Assembly (NCBI GenBank): GCA_028534125.1
Contig: CM052817.1
Coordinates: 97,714,001-97,778,000 of the forward strand
Origin: Lama glama
Lineage: Eukaryota
Direction: 5' to 3'
Length of the DNA stretch: 64,000 nt
Positions 41,815 through 54,930 of the stretch are shown here, one piece after another (within the stretch, counting starts at the first letter, position 1; each line of letters starts with the position of its first letter). The notes under the pieces were generated by a model. That model was not told the origin of the DNA. It did not search any database and saw only the letters and a list, made by a program, of their open reading frames with translations. The position numbers were made by a program, and so were the translations under genes.

Positions 41815-43530
41815 GAAGTTTTTATTGAGCTAAATGTAGATTCACATGCAGTTATAAGAAGTAATCCAGAGAGGTCCCTTGTATCCTTTGTCCAGATTCC
41901 CCCAATGGTAACATTTGTGAAACTACAATATTACAATCAGGGTATTGATACTGATGTAAGCCACCGATCTTAGAGTTCCTCAGTTTTGTTTATCCTCATA
42001 CGTGTTCATTAAGTTCTATATAATTGATGACCTGTACAGGTATATGTATCCACCCATGGTCAAGATACGGACTCTTATCCTTTTATAATCATATCCACCT
42101 CCCCTCTTCCTCCTTATGCCCCATCTTTAGCTCCTGGCAACAACTTAACTATCCTCCATTTCTAAAATTCTGTGTTTTAAAAATGTTATGTAAATAGGTG
42201 ATATAATATGAGGCTTCTGAGGACTGAGTTTTTTTTTTCCACTTAGTATAATTCCCTGGAGATTCATCTTAATTTTTGTGTATTGAGAATTTGTTCCTTT
42301 CCATTTCTGAGTAGTATTCCTTAGTAAGTATGTAATATAGTGGTTTGACTGTTCATTTATTGAAGAACATCTGGGCTGATTTTATTTTTGGCTGTTATAA
42401 ATAAAGCTTCTCTGAACATTATTTACAACAGCCAAGACATGGAAGCAACCTAAATGTCCATTGACAGATGACTGGATAAAGAAATTGTGGTCTATATATA
42501 CAATGGAATACTACTCAGCCATAAAAAAGAATAAAATAATGCCATTTGCAGCAACATGGATGGACCTAGAGATTATCATATTAAGTGAAGTAAGTCAGAC
42601 AAAGACAAATATCATATGATATCACTTATATGTGAAATCTAAAAAAAAGACAAATGAACTCATTTACAAAACAGAAATAGACTCAGGCAGAAAACAAACT
42701 TATGGTTATCAAAGAGGGAAAAGAAGGGGAGGGATAAATTTGGAGTTTGGGATTAGCAGATACAAACTACTACATATAAAATAGATAAACAACAAGGTCC
42801 TACTGTACAGCACAGGGAACTATATTCAGTATCTTGTAATAATCTATAATGAAAAAGAATGTGAAAAAGAATATATAAATGTGTAACTGAATCACTATGC
42901 TGTATTCCAGAAACTAACACAACATTGTAAATCAACTATATTTCAATTTAAAAAAACAACAAATAAAGCTGCTATGTTCATTTGTGCAAAGGTTTTTGTG
43001 TTAACATAAGTTTACATGTCTCTGGGATAAAAGCCCAGTAGTTCAGTTACTGGGTTGTGTGGGAGATGCATCTTGAGTTTTTAAGGAAACTGTCATGTTG
43101 TGTTCCAGAAGGTCTGTGCCATCTTACATCCCTACCAGCCACGCATGAGTGATCCCTTTTCTCCAGTTTCTCCATATCCCTGCCAGCCTTTGGTTTTGTC
43201 AACTATTTTTTATTTAAGCCACTCTCACAGGTGTAAAATGATAGCTCATTAATTTGCCTTTCCCTAGTGGTACTGAACATCTTTTCTTGTGCTAATTTTT
43301 CATCTAAACACACTCTTCAGTGAATTATCTGTTCATGTCTTTTGCCCATTTTCTAATCAGATTGTTTTGTTTTTTCACTGTTGAGTTTTAGAACTTCTCT
43401 ACATATTATGGATACTAGTCCTTGGTTGGCTATGTTGTTTGTAAATATTTTCCCCCAGTACATAGCTTGTCTTTTCATACTTTTCATTCTTACCTTCAGA
43501 GAGCAAACGTTTTTAATTTCTGGATAACAT
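41815..43530 (-). mobile_element. Older L1 (L1MB/MC-like) 3' region, interrupted by a younger L1
   Basis: 'tgtagattcacatgcagttataagaagtaat', 'ctgagtagtattcc', 'tttgcccattttcta'. Confidence 0.8.
42421..42960 (+). mobile_element. Younger L1 3' UTR insertion with TSD
   Basis: Typical 3' UTR; flanks aaataaagcttctctgaacatt (42399-42420) / aaataaagctgctatgttcatt (42961-42982). Confidence 0.9.
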
Positions 43531-43719
43531 TTTAACAATGTCATGAACAGGTCCAGAGGGAAAACATTGGTGTCTGTTATTTAAAGACCATCATCAAGAT
43601 GTAAATTAAACTGCAGTCTATAGAAACCAAAGTCCTACATCTATTAAAATATACAGATCATAACAGCTGGTGGCAAAATACAATATTTGAAGGCACATTG
43701 TGATAAATAACCCTCTATG

Positions 43720-44440
43720 AATTCATTTACTCATTCAATAAATAATTATTAAGTGAGCCTTATGTGTTAAGCCCTATGCTGATGATGCCCGGGTGTTCTT
43801 TTTATGAGGTGGGGAGGTAATTAGGCTTATTTATTTATTCTTCGAGGAAGTACTGGGGATTGAAGCCAGAACCTCATGCATGCTAAGCATGCACTCTGCC
43901 ATTTGAGCTATACCCTTCCCCGGCCATGGCAATTTAAACTGAAGAATGTATAACTAAAATTGAGGTAAGAACTCCAAAGTAATGGGATATTGTATGATGA
44001 GGACATTTAACAGAGGAACTGAAATTCCTTTTAGGAAATAATGCCTGAGTTGAGAGCTGGAAGGTGAGGAAGAGTCCAGGGTGTAAGGAGTGGGGCAGGC
44101 GGAGGGGCATGGAGGCCAGGGGATGGGAGATGTATTGTCCTCGAAGGAGGCACCACAAATTCAGAGACCCTGCAATGGGAGGGAGCACAGAGAGCTGAGG
44201 GGTGAGAGTGAGGGAGACTGAGGCCCAGTGGGGCTGGACTTAGATCTCTATACTGAGACCTATTCAAAGGCTTGATGAGATTTATGAGGGGGAAGAGATC
44301 AAACTCACATCCTGAAAATGAGACCCTAAATGCTATAGAGAATGAGGCATGGAGGGAGCAAGGACTGACTATGGACACACAGCTAAGAGGCTCCTGTGGT
44401 TTTCCAGATGATGTTAGTGGTGGTTTGAACTGAGATGCTT
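43720..44440 (-). mobile_element. L2 remnant (interrupted by SINE)
   Basis: Begins 'attcatttactcattcaataaataattattaagtg'; 'agctaagaggctcctgtgg...ccagatg'. Confidence 0.6.
43797..43921 (-). mobile_element. tRNA-Ala-derived SINE (Vic-1-like)
   Basis: 'tactggggattgaagccagaacctcatgcatgctaagcatgcactctgccatttgagctataccc'. Confidence 0.88.
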
Positions 44441-45134
44441 ACAATGTGCTCTTGGTAAAGTTGTCAAAGACTCCATAGTCAACCTCAGGCCGAGAAACTG
44501 CAGATGAGGTTTGGGCTGCACTTGTTCTTAGAATAGTTTGGACTGTTTTTGAACACCCGGGGACAGGACCACCACAGAAGGAGTTTCTTCTCTGAGAAAA
44601 GACCGGGACTATGTTCCTGCCCTCAGGGGATGACTCTAGAGGCCTCAGTGTTTTGTCTTGCTCCTAAGAGCCAAGGTGATATGATTTGAACTGATTTTGT
44701 GACGCTTCTCTTCAACCATCCTTAAATCATTTTGTAGATCTGGGGCCCTAAACCCAAATGTTCTGAATAGCTTTCATAAGACCTAGTCATAAGAAAGAGA
44801 GTGTGCTGGAAAAAAAAAAAAAAGAGAGAGAGAGAGAGAGAGAAAGAGGGTAAGAAAATCTAAGCAAATAAGAGAAAAGGAAGGGAATGTGGGAAGTAGA
44901 GAGTCTGTGACAAATAAGACTGAGAAAAAAAGGATGAACAAGCAGGGAGGGCTGTCCATGATCAGCTGGCATTTCCAGCTAATTTCCAGAGGTTCCCATG
45001 TGCGTAGCTCCTTTTCTCCAGCCGTGATGGTGGGGCTACATTTTTGTGGAACAGTAAGGCAACCCAAACAGCCAAACTGGAGCCATCTATGGGGGCGTCT
45101 TAGGAGCTGAAAAGTTACCATGATAAAAAGCAGC

Positions 45135-45490
45135 AAGTGAAGTAAGCTAGAAAGAGAAAGAAACATGCCATATGATATCACTTATATGTGGAATCTAAAA
45201 AAAAAAGGACACAAATGAGCTTATCTACAAAACAGAAGGAGACTCTCAGACATAGAGAACAAACTTATGGTTATCAGGGGTTAAAGGAGGTGGGAAGAGA
45301 TAAATTGGGAATTTGAAAATTGCACCTCTTGGGGAGTGATGGAAATGTTAGGTATCTTGATTGGGATAGTGGATTCATTGGTGCATATGTCTATCAAAAT
45401 TCACCAAGTTGTACATTTGAAATATATGTAGTTTACTGTACAGGAACCATACCACAATAAAAGCATTAAAAATAAATTAATTAAAAGAAA
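45135..45490 (+). mobile_element. L1 3' UTR fragment(s), apparently chimeric
   Basis: Young-type 3' UTR to ~45322, then old L1MB/MC-type 'gtgatggaaatgtt...caataaaagc'. Confidence 0.75.
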
Positions 45491-46779
45491 AGCAGCAATT
45501 ATGTCACAGAAACCATTGGAGGGATGGGGCAGGAGTGGGTGTAGGTACATCTTTAACATAAAGACAAATTTTACTCTCAGAGTCGGGTTTCCAAGTCTGC
45601 TTGAAACATTTGGTGTCTGTGGTTGTTTACACTTGGCAAATCATAGTTTCCTCTGTGTGTGTCTTTTAATAACGAACTTGAAGAGAAAAGAAATACCTCC
45701 AAAGCTTCTGGATGTCAAATAGATCTTACAAACATTTTTTTAATTATCTAAGTGTAAGTGATACAAAAGCCTATAGATGGAATTTCTCAATATATTTCTC
45801 AACAAAAGAAAAAGAAATACGTAACGAGCCTCGATATATTGTTCTTACTAAACATTTCAAAATATCTCTGATTAATATGCAGAAGGTGTCTACTTGTCCC
45901 AAGGTTAAAAGGGAAGGAAAGGGCCTCTCTGTGATCTAAGAGACAAATTAAATCTAATTTACTTTGGTTATATGTTAATAAATATGCATCCAGGAGGTCA
46001 ATTTAGTTCTAGTGGTTTAGTCACTGCTAAGTGGAGATGCTCACAGAGAAACTATCTGGTTTACTCAGTGAGTTCAGATAAACTAATTTTGATACTGTTG
46101 GCCTTTAGAAAACCTACTTTTTTCCCCATTGTATATTCCAGCAACCCTATTCACATTCTAATTCTAGCATATGGGAAAGACCATGGCCTAGCCATGATGG
46201 TGGTCGGGCTTTGGGGCAGTAGGGCACTGGCACCAAGAGAACAAAATTATGGGAATGCTCAGGACACAATTAAAAAGTAATTACAGTTGTGAATGGCTGT
46301 CTCAGGTACCGTCAATGCAGATTTGTCTTCTTGAAAATGACCCCTACTTTTTCACACTTGGAAAATTCAGGAAGATACTTACTTTCCACCTCAGATAACT
46401 ACAGGTGTAAACCTGCCTTTTTATATTCTTTGGAGGGAGATTCAGTTGGAAAATGCCCTAAAAGATGTCCACAGACTGGTATTTGTCAAGTGGTTACACA
46501 TTTTAGCTATTTCATCTGCAAACTATTGTCAGACCAGATTCTCTCTCGTGTCCCTTTGAATGAAAGAAAGAGAAAAAAAATATTTGAAAGATAGGAAAAT
46601 CACAGAAAAAAAACGTATCAACCAATTATATTTTTCTCCTTCATCTCACCCATCTCCATGAGACAATATTAGATTTACAAATGATTTTATGGTTTGAAAA
46701 CTCAGAATGCTTTTCTCACAATACTATTTCATCTTAAGAATTCTAATCTCCTTTGTGAAAAGCCATGGAATTTGGGGGA

Positions 46780-48313
46780 ATTTTCTGATAGCACAGGATC
46801 CTCTGTTTCATGGTCACACCCAAATTTTTGAAAAATGATATTGTGTTGTGTTGCCCAAAGAGACAGGTAAATAAAATAGCTTAAGGGGGGGGATTTATCC
46901 ATATGGGAAAACTCCATGGATAAAGGATCCTGAGGGTTGATGCTATCATACTGTTGGAAATCGCTCTTAAGAGGAAAATGATGGCCAAGTTCAGTGAAGT
47001 AGAATGCCAACACAATGGGACAGGCAATGAAGAATGGGTGGGAAGGCTCAGGGAAATAACTACACTAGATAAGGCTGGAAAACCTGACTGATGTCTGTAT
47101 TTTAAAGGAAGTCCCCAAGGAGACTCCATTTATCAAAGTAGCATGGCACCAACATCATAGAGAAGCTCCCTGGTGGCTCCATAGGCCAGAGTTGATGGTA
47201 GAAGTTGCCTTAACAGAACTGGACTCTGACAGCAAGGAAGAATGACAGGACCCTAAAATAACAGACTGCAATTATTAAATGTCAAAAGTCAGTTGGACAC
47301 ACTTAGTATAAAGAGCAACAAGTCTGGAGTGATAGCTGGGAGAACTGAAGTGTGGAGAGCTCTGGAGACGGTTAATAGAACATGGCATCCTTACAGGCGA
47401 GATAGATGGCAAGGTTGCAAAAGAATTGCTCAATCTACACAATGAAAATCAATCAAGAGTAGATCATCCATAAGCTAGACCACTTCCCCAACAAATGTCA
47501 AAATCCCTTACTGTCCGTTTTTCTAAATCTGAGCCAGATTACCAATCCATAACCCACGCACCACAGGGGAGACCAGATCTCCAGAAGGAAGGACACAGCA
47601 AGAATTTGACAAACGTATCTAGTGATACATTCCCAAGTTCTTCCACAAAAGAACCTATGGGCATTTACTTAATAACCATATACTGAGAATACTCAAACAT
47701 TTTTTAGGAATGGAGGACACAGAGCTAACAGGGAATAGATAATAAATAAAGTCCTGGTCCAGGTTTGGCCCAAGAGATCCAGAGACCTACCCAATGATTG
47801 TTTCCCCAGTCCCCCAAAATATAATCCAACGTAGTAGGAAGATCCCACATTTGTTCCTAAGCCTAAACCTGTAGGTAAGAGCAATCACAATGAGCAAAGG
47901 AAAAACCTTGGAAACAGTCTCCCAGCCCCATCTTTTCTTCCTGGGACTAAATTTCTCATTCTCCCAGCTTCTGGGTGTATTGAAGTCCAATAGTGCAAAG
48001 CTGAGTTTCTGTTTCTTTGGTGATTGGAACGTGCCTCCTTCCCAGAAAAGCCTGAGTCTAATAGGTTCATAAGGAGAACAGCAAGGCTAGATCCTTTGCC
48101 CAGTTTCTGACAACTGTGCTATTAACACTCCTAGCCCCAGAGCTCCCCATGAGATTGATGGAGGTCTTTGTTGTGCCCACGTTCTCCCTCTGCCAAATCC
48201 TACTTCTTTTACTATCCCACAGGTGGTAACACCGGGGGTACTCCACCATAAACTTTGTGCATGCAAATCTCAGTCCTCTTACAGCCTGCTTCCCAAACAC
48301 CTGACCTGCAACA
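46780..48313 (+). mobile_element. ERVL internal remnant (ERV3-16A3-like) ending in an LTR16-like LTR
   Basis: gag-like degenerate text; LTR16-type 3' end 'ataaactttgtgcatgcaaatctc...ctgcttcccaaacacctgacctgcaaca'. Confidence 0.65.
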
Positions 48314-48934
48314 TCATGCTTCTCTTTACAAAGTAAAAGAATTACAGGACTTGCCCAAAAAAGTAAACTCATCAGTTTATACCTGACACCAAAGTGGTCA
48401 TTTGTCAGTGACCTTCATATGAATATTACCTTATTTTGGTGAAAGGTAACTTGGGAAATAAGTGAATTAGATGATTTTTTTGTTTGGATTTAACCTAGTG
48501 TTCCTATCAAAATTTCACATCAAGAGACTCAAGGTACAGAGGTAGTTCTGCTTTTGGAGAGAGATGTTGACCCGTCTTACATTGTTAGAGTTCAGATCTG
48601 CCTTGAGCCACCGTTGAGTGGAAAGGAATCTCCTTATTCTCTTGGATAATTACATGCAAAATGGTGGGAACCTTTGTTGAAATCCCCCAAACCTGAAATA
48701 AATGCTTCTTTTCTCCCTTCTCTATAGTAATTAAAGTAAATGATTGTTTTTATAATAGTAAATCGGGGACAATTTTACCCCTCATTTTTACTTTTGAAAT
48801 TAACTTCTATTTAAGGTCTTCAGGTCTAGATTGGCTTTCATCCATTGCTTTTAGAAGGCTTTACAGCAACTATAACCTAAAGTGTGTAACTGTATCCTTA
48901 AGGGTATAAAGCCTGAGATAAACGGGGAAAGGTA

Positions 48935-49145
48935 CTAAATTTACTGAGTATCTACAATGTGCCTTCCATTATGCTTGTCTTGTCCATAAGTGTTATTTCA
49001 CTTAATCTTCACAACTACTGTGAGTTATAATTTGTATTCTCATTATATAAAATGTTGAGAGGTAAAATGACCAAATTTGGACAGCTTATGAGCTGAACAA
49101 TCAAGGTTAGAAGACGGGTTCTAAATCTATGTTTAAAGCTCTTTC
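48935..49145 (-). mobile_element. MIR SINE
   Basis: 'atttactgagtatctacaatgtgcc...cttaatcttcacaac'. Confidence 0.65.
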
Positions 49146-52100
49146 CATGGCTAATTTGACGTGTACTTTGTAACTAAAATCCCTTTCTTCTTCCATGGCA
49201 TTTTTTTTAAGATTTAAAAAATTGTATCATGCTTACCTGTAATATTGTGATTTTACAGAGAATTAAACTATAGAAATTTTATTTCATTTTCCAAATTCAC
49301 AGAGAAATTTGTGAGATAATGGAGAAAAGAAATCTCATTTTTTAAAAAAAATTTGCTTCTGAAACAAGAGATTAATTCATCATCCTTTTTAATTCTTTGG
49401 TCTGAACTTGGAAACTATTTCACTTGTACAGAATGAGAATTTTATATTTAAAATATTATTTGTGGCTCAAGTGTGTAAGTATGGGTGAGTTTTTGCTTGT
49501 GTGTGTATTTAATTTGTATGACATATATCATTGCTTCCTAGAAGTGAATTAATAGACTATTAGTGTGGTTTAGAAATATTTAATGTATTTTGGGCATGAT
49601 TCTCTGTTTAGATCACCAGTAGTTTTAAAGGATAGCAATGTGATGGGGTAAAGCAATGGTTTCCCTAAGTGGATATGAAACTAATGACAACAACTCTCCC
49701 AGACAATGACTATACAGGAGGGTATGTTCTCTATGCACTAGATAGAGTTGATTCTGCTAATAATAACCAAAGGAAAATTTTAGAAAGCAACTCCTTCTGC
49801 TTTATCATTTTAGTTACAAGAAACCCTTCTGAGAGAGCCAGCAAAGTAGAACTTGTATTGACACACCAGATTCCAGAACCCTGTGGTGAGTGAAAATCAA
49901 GCCAATGCTGAACGGAAACGGAATTGTTATTCCACCTCTATATGGTTTCCTCGTAAAACATTTATTTTTGTGACTTGTTCTCTTTGCTGACATGGTGACT
50001 GAATTGGTTATGCTTGGTTTCTTAAATTTTCAGTCTCATAAATAGTTTGCTCATGGTATGATGTTATGATTTTTAAAATCTTAGATTTACAACAGACACT
50101 TTGAATTCAAGAGAGAGCCATCTCAAGGCTTCATAAATATTCAAATGTATAAATATCACAATAACAAAGTATTTTCCCAATGAAACCTTTTATATTCTCA
50201 GCCCCATGATTTTTCTTAGATTGTTTCACATTCTCTTTCATTTTTGCTGTCAGCAGTAGTAATTCCCTCTCATTTGAGGAATGTCTTTTCACAGGGAAAC
50301 AAATTTGTATCCCCTCATGATCTTTACTGTGTACATGGCAACATGTAGAGAATAACAGATCTTGGTTAGTGGAGGATGAAGTCAGTAAGCTTCTGGCTTG
50401 TAGCATGTCCAACTCAAATTCTTCAAGGTTACTCACTGTTGGTGAAACCATGGACATTAAATCTGTGCATGTTGTCTAACCCAATATACTTGCATGGGAA
50501 AAAGCTCTTAAGGCTTTAGACATACATGTTCAATGTGGCTGAGCAGAAGAAAGAAGCATTTCAATAAAAGAAAGGGGAAGTGTGAATCTCTCCTCATCAT
50601 TGGGGTCTTTATTATCTTCAGTTTTCTCCATTATTTCAGGATAGTTTCTCTCCAACACAAAGCTTGAGAAACACTTAGCAAACAATGAATGAAGATTCCC
50701 TCCAATATCAGGTGTCTGGAGCCAAGGCGATACCTCTTGGATTGTTCAGTGAGAAAGCTCAGACAAAAAAAGAGCTGTGATGCACAATCAATTCACAGTG
50801 CTCGTGGGCCAGCAAGCCAAGGAGATGGTTAGTCAAATATGCCACCACAGTTGGCTCTTAGTTTTCAAAGGAGTCGGGTTTCTTTGCAGATTGAAACACA
50901 GTATCACGGGGTTGTTGACGAGTGGACCTGGCTCCATTGCTACCCACAAGCAGAACCTCTTTCCTTGTCAGGAGTCTTGATCTTAGAGGGGCCTTAAAGA
51001 GACTTGAGCCCCAGCATTTCCCTGTTGACAAGACATAGTTTATTGTCACGCACAGGGTAAAACAGTAGAGTGGGACGAGATCTCTGAGCTTCTGGGAATC
51101 TGAGCTCCTTAAAGATCTTGCACAGTTAGAAATAAAGCATTGTGAAATATTAGAGATGGCCCTGCTCACTATTATACACATCTTTTTTCCCAAATAAATG
51201 GAGCCAGCTTTATAGATAAAACAATATGTCTTTTGAGATCTTTTATAAAGGGTTGTTGCTAATTGCGTAAATATCTATGGCTATTACAATTCAGTTGCTT
51301 TGGGAAATTTTATAATTAATAGTACATTCTTAATTGGAAAGACAAAAATTTCCCTGTTACATTTAATACTACTTTTAAGGAGACTATTTCTAAAACTTAC
51401 AAGAGATTGGGATATACAAGAAAGGGTTCAGATTTATGTAAACAAGAGGGTTTAAAATGAAGTTTAGGGGGAATTGAAACTAGGATTTTTTGGGGTTTTT
51501 TTTTGTTTTGTTTTATTTTAGTTTGAGGGAGGTACTCTGTGATTGTATTAACACCCATTCACGTATCTGGATAAAAATGATATTATTTGGAAACCTTAGC
51601 AATATTTTGTCTGCAGTTACCTGGGTATTTAGATGGCAAAGTAGACCGCTAAAAGATGGTTCTAAAGTCCAGGAACTATAGAGGAAATTATTGTAATAGC
51701 ACAATTAAAATAGGCACTTGATTTTTCTTGCTTGATTTGCATGGGTTTTTACTTCTCTAGATTGTACATGAGGAAAGCCAATACTCATTTTTTTGGCCAA
51801 GTCTTATCTGGTCTTTATTGGATTTTATTTATACAATCAGAGCAAAACTAACTGAATTTTAAGGGCTTATGTTTGGTTTACACATTTCTAGGCTTTTCCT
51901 AATGTTCCAAATAATTATCAATAGTTTTCTTTCGTAACTGAAGCAGATAAATGGCATTGATAGTAACACCAAGGGAATGTTTTAATTTATTAATTAGAAT
52001 GTTTATCACTTCTTCAAGGCTGGTACCTAAATGCAAGCTAAGACAGTGATCTATGAATTCGTTTCTATTTTCAAAGGTAGAATTGTTATGAATAAATAAG

Positions 52101-53429
52101 ATGTAACTGAAAGAGAAACTTCTCTGACTAAATTAAAGCATTACATCATTTTAGTGAAGCTTAGATTTTGTTTCATTTTCCAAATTGGCAAATGAGTTTC
52201 CCCAAGCATGAATGGCAAGATATGAGACGTTTGGAAAGAATGTAGTTAGTGTAAAGTGAAGCACAGTCCCTGATTTCTGTATAACTACCAGCATTCCATT
52301 TTAATCTTTATTTCCAAAGTCTGATCGTGATTTCTTTTGTGGGCGTCAGCAATTAAAAACATTGAACTGATAACAAGGAACTGTTAAGTTTTTCTTCCCA
52401 TAGCTGGATGGCAGATAACCCATTTTGACTTAAGGAACTGGAACCAAGTGTGGAACTGAGCATGGAAGAACATGGAACCAAGGCAATTCCTTCTCCACAA
52501 TTTGGTTCCAAGAAGATCAGTCAAGACTGAGCTTGAATGAGAAGTCCTGGTCAACACTGGTACTTTCCAAGGTGGACTCAACACATGGTTCCCAATAGGG
52601 TCAATCACTCACTCTCTGACCAGATATAGTCTAGTCCACCTTAACCAGAGATACAGAGAGGGGATGAAAGAGAATCTGGCTAAATCTCTGGTATACCTAG
52701 AGCAGTTTTCCCTTTTATCTTTGGTAGGCCAACAGCCTTGATCAAATTCAGGTTGGTGTTACCTTTTGTACTACTCCTTCCTCAAGGAAAGCGCCTTAGT
52801 AAGCAGGGCGTAGGGAGAGACAGTGCAAGCTACAATGCACACTTCTGAAAGCTCCCTGGCGTTACGCCAGTTTTCTATAAATTGTGCTCCATTTCTCATC
52901 TATCTCAGCATTTAATGCCTTTCTTTAGCCTGAAAATGAATGCTTTGTTGGTAGTTTAATAGAACTTGCAAATTACATCTTTAAAATTGATAGAAAAAAT
53001 ATAGCAGATATGAACTTAGAGAAGTGGGTAGACTTAGTTACAGGGGGAATCAAAATACAAAGCAGGAGAGATGATGTTGACCAGCCATAACAGATGCAAG
53101 TTGTCATCCATAATACTCATTAAATATTACTTGGAAAACACTAGTGACTTCCAATTGTGTACTACCAAATGAAATGATGCTAGAGTCAAGAGAAATCCTG
53201 CATTGCAAAACCACTCCCCAAATATACACTATGAGGAAAATTGATCTGAATTTTCCATACGTCTTTACTAGAGATCTTACAGGCATGATGGCTTTGTAAA
53301 ACAAGTTTAAATTAATATAGAAGAATTAGAAAATTATTATATCCTGTTTGATAGATTAATGCAACTTATGAGAAAGCCAATACATCTAGGAAGAACAAAA
53401 TTCATGAATCTGGGTCTTAGATCTGTAGC

Positions 53430-54030
53430 TGTCTTTATTTCAGGTTCTCTAGAAAATCGAGTCTGTGATAAAACCGACATGCTCAGGCTTTACTGACAGG
53501 TGCAATCCCTGAGCAGCAGGTCTGAGGCACAAAGGCAAGTGAGACAAGGGAGGAAGGAATGCAAACATGAAGAGATACATAACCAGGCTGGCCAGAGCTT
53601 CATCAGAAACCTAACTGATATCTTGGTTCACAATATTTTCCAAGCAGGTCCTGCCTCAGAGCAAACTTTAAGTTCAGGGGTTCGCAGACTTTTTCTGTAA
53701 AGGGCCACGTAGTAAATATTTCAGATTTTGCAAGGTACATAGTTTCTGTAATAATTATTCAACTCTGTTGTACTGTGAAGATTGTCCTAGACGATAAGCA
53801 AATGAATGGGCATGGCTATGTTCCAATAAAACTTTATTTACCGAACTAGAAGACAGGCCAGATTGGCCCTTTGACTGTTTTCTTGACAATCCCTGTCTTG
53901 GGAAAGTGAGAGGAACTTACTTGACCTTTTTCTCTCATCTCTCATTTCTCAGTGGTCAAAGTTCACCCCTTGGGATGGTAATACTTCTGAACTTTGTCAC
54001 CTGCCCCATCAGGTGATAACTGAGGAAACA
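53430..54030 (-). mobile_element. LTR16-like LTR interrupted by MER58A
   Basis: 'ttcaggttctctagaaaatcgagtctg...aggtgcaatccctgagcagca'. Confidence 0.5.
53675..53895 (+). mobile_element. MER58A hAT-Charlie DNA transposon (MITE)
   Basis: CAGGGG...CCCTG ends; 'ttttctgtaaagggccacgtagtaaatattt', 'tgttccaataaaactttattta'. Confidence 0.9.
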
Positions 54031-54817
54031 GATTCCACATACCAGAGTGTGGTGCATCATTTGACCTTGGGAATGTCAGATGAGTTACAGCCTTCATGGG
54101 TCCATTCAGGTTGGACCTGCTTCCAAGAATCACTATGGCTGCCACCACAGAGCAGAGGCTGAGATGCTGATGCTGAGGGGATAACGGTCCATGGTGGATG
54201 CTCAAGCTGTTCACTTGAACAAGCAGCCACAGCCCTGGCACTGGGACCCTGGCGGGGCTGTTCACTTTTGAATGAGTGAAAAATCAGTGTTTAAAAATAT
54301 AGAATAAGACTATATAGCATTATATATATTATACTTTATTTATATGTAAAATTATGTACATATAAAATTATACATATGACATAGAAATAATTTAAAAGTT
54401 CATATTCATTAGTCAATTTTGCAATATAATATCATATTTACCTTAATTACTAACAGGCTGTAACATATATCCAAATTTGGGGGGAAGGATGAAAGGTTTT
54501 TAAAAGGATGCCAAATTAAGAATTCTCTGCAGATTTCAATTTTTTAGCAACAATGCTCAAAACTAATTATAATTTATGTGCAAATAAATGCTTAAAATTC
54601 TGAGTTTACATATTCAGTGGAAGTTGTATATCATGGCTATCAAAATCATTAAAACATCTTCAAATGAATTAACATATATTATAGAGTAGCTTCTTATTAC
54701 ATAAAGAGAAAGTCATCAAAAATTTTTTGAGTTAAAGTGATCTTGATTTGTTGCCAAAATCAGCACTGGGGAGCTGCCTTGGTATGATTTCTAGTAGAAT
54801 TTCTGATTGTTTTAACC

Positions 54818-54930
54818 AGTATGTCCCGAACTTTAATATGCAGATAAATCACCCCAGGTCTTATTAAAATGCAGATTCTGATTCAAAAGGTCTGGGGCAG
54901 GACCTGAGATTTTTTCACACCTAGAAGGCT
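54818..54930. mobile_element. MER5-family hAT fragment
   Basis: 'ttaaaatgcagattctgattcaaaaggtctggggcaggacctgaga'. Confidence 0.75.
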
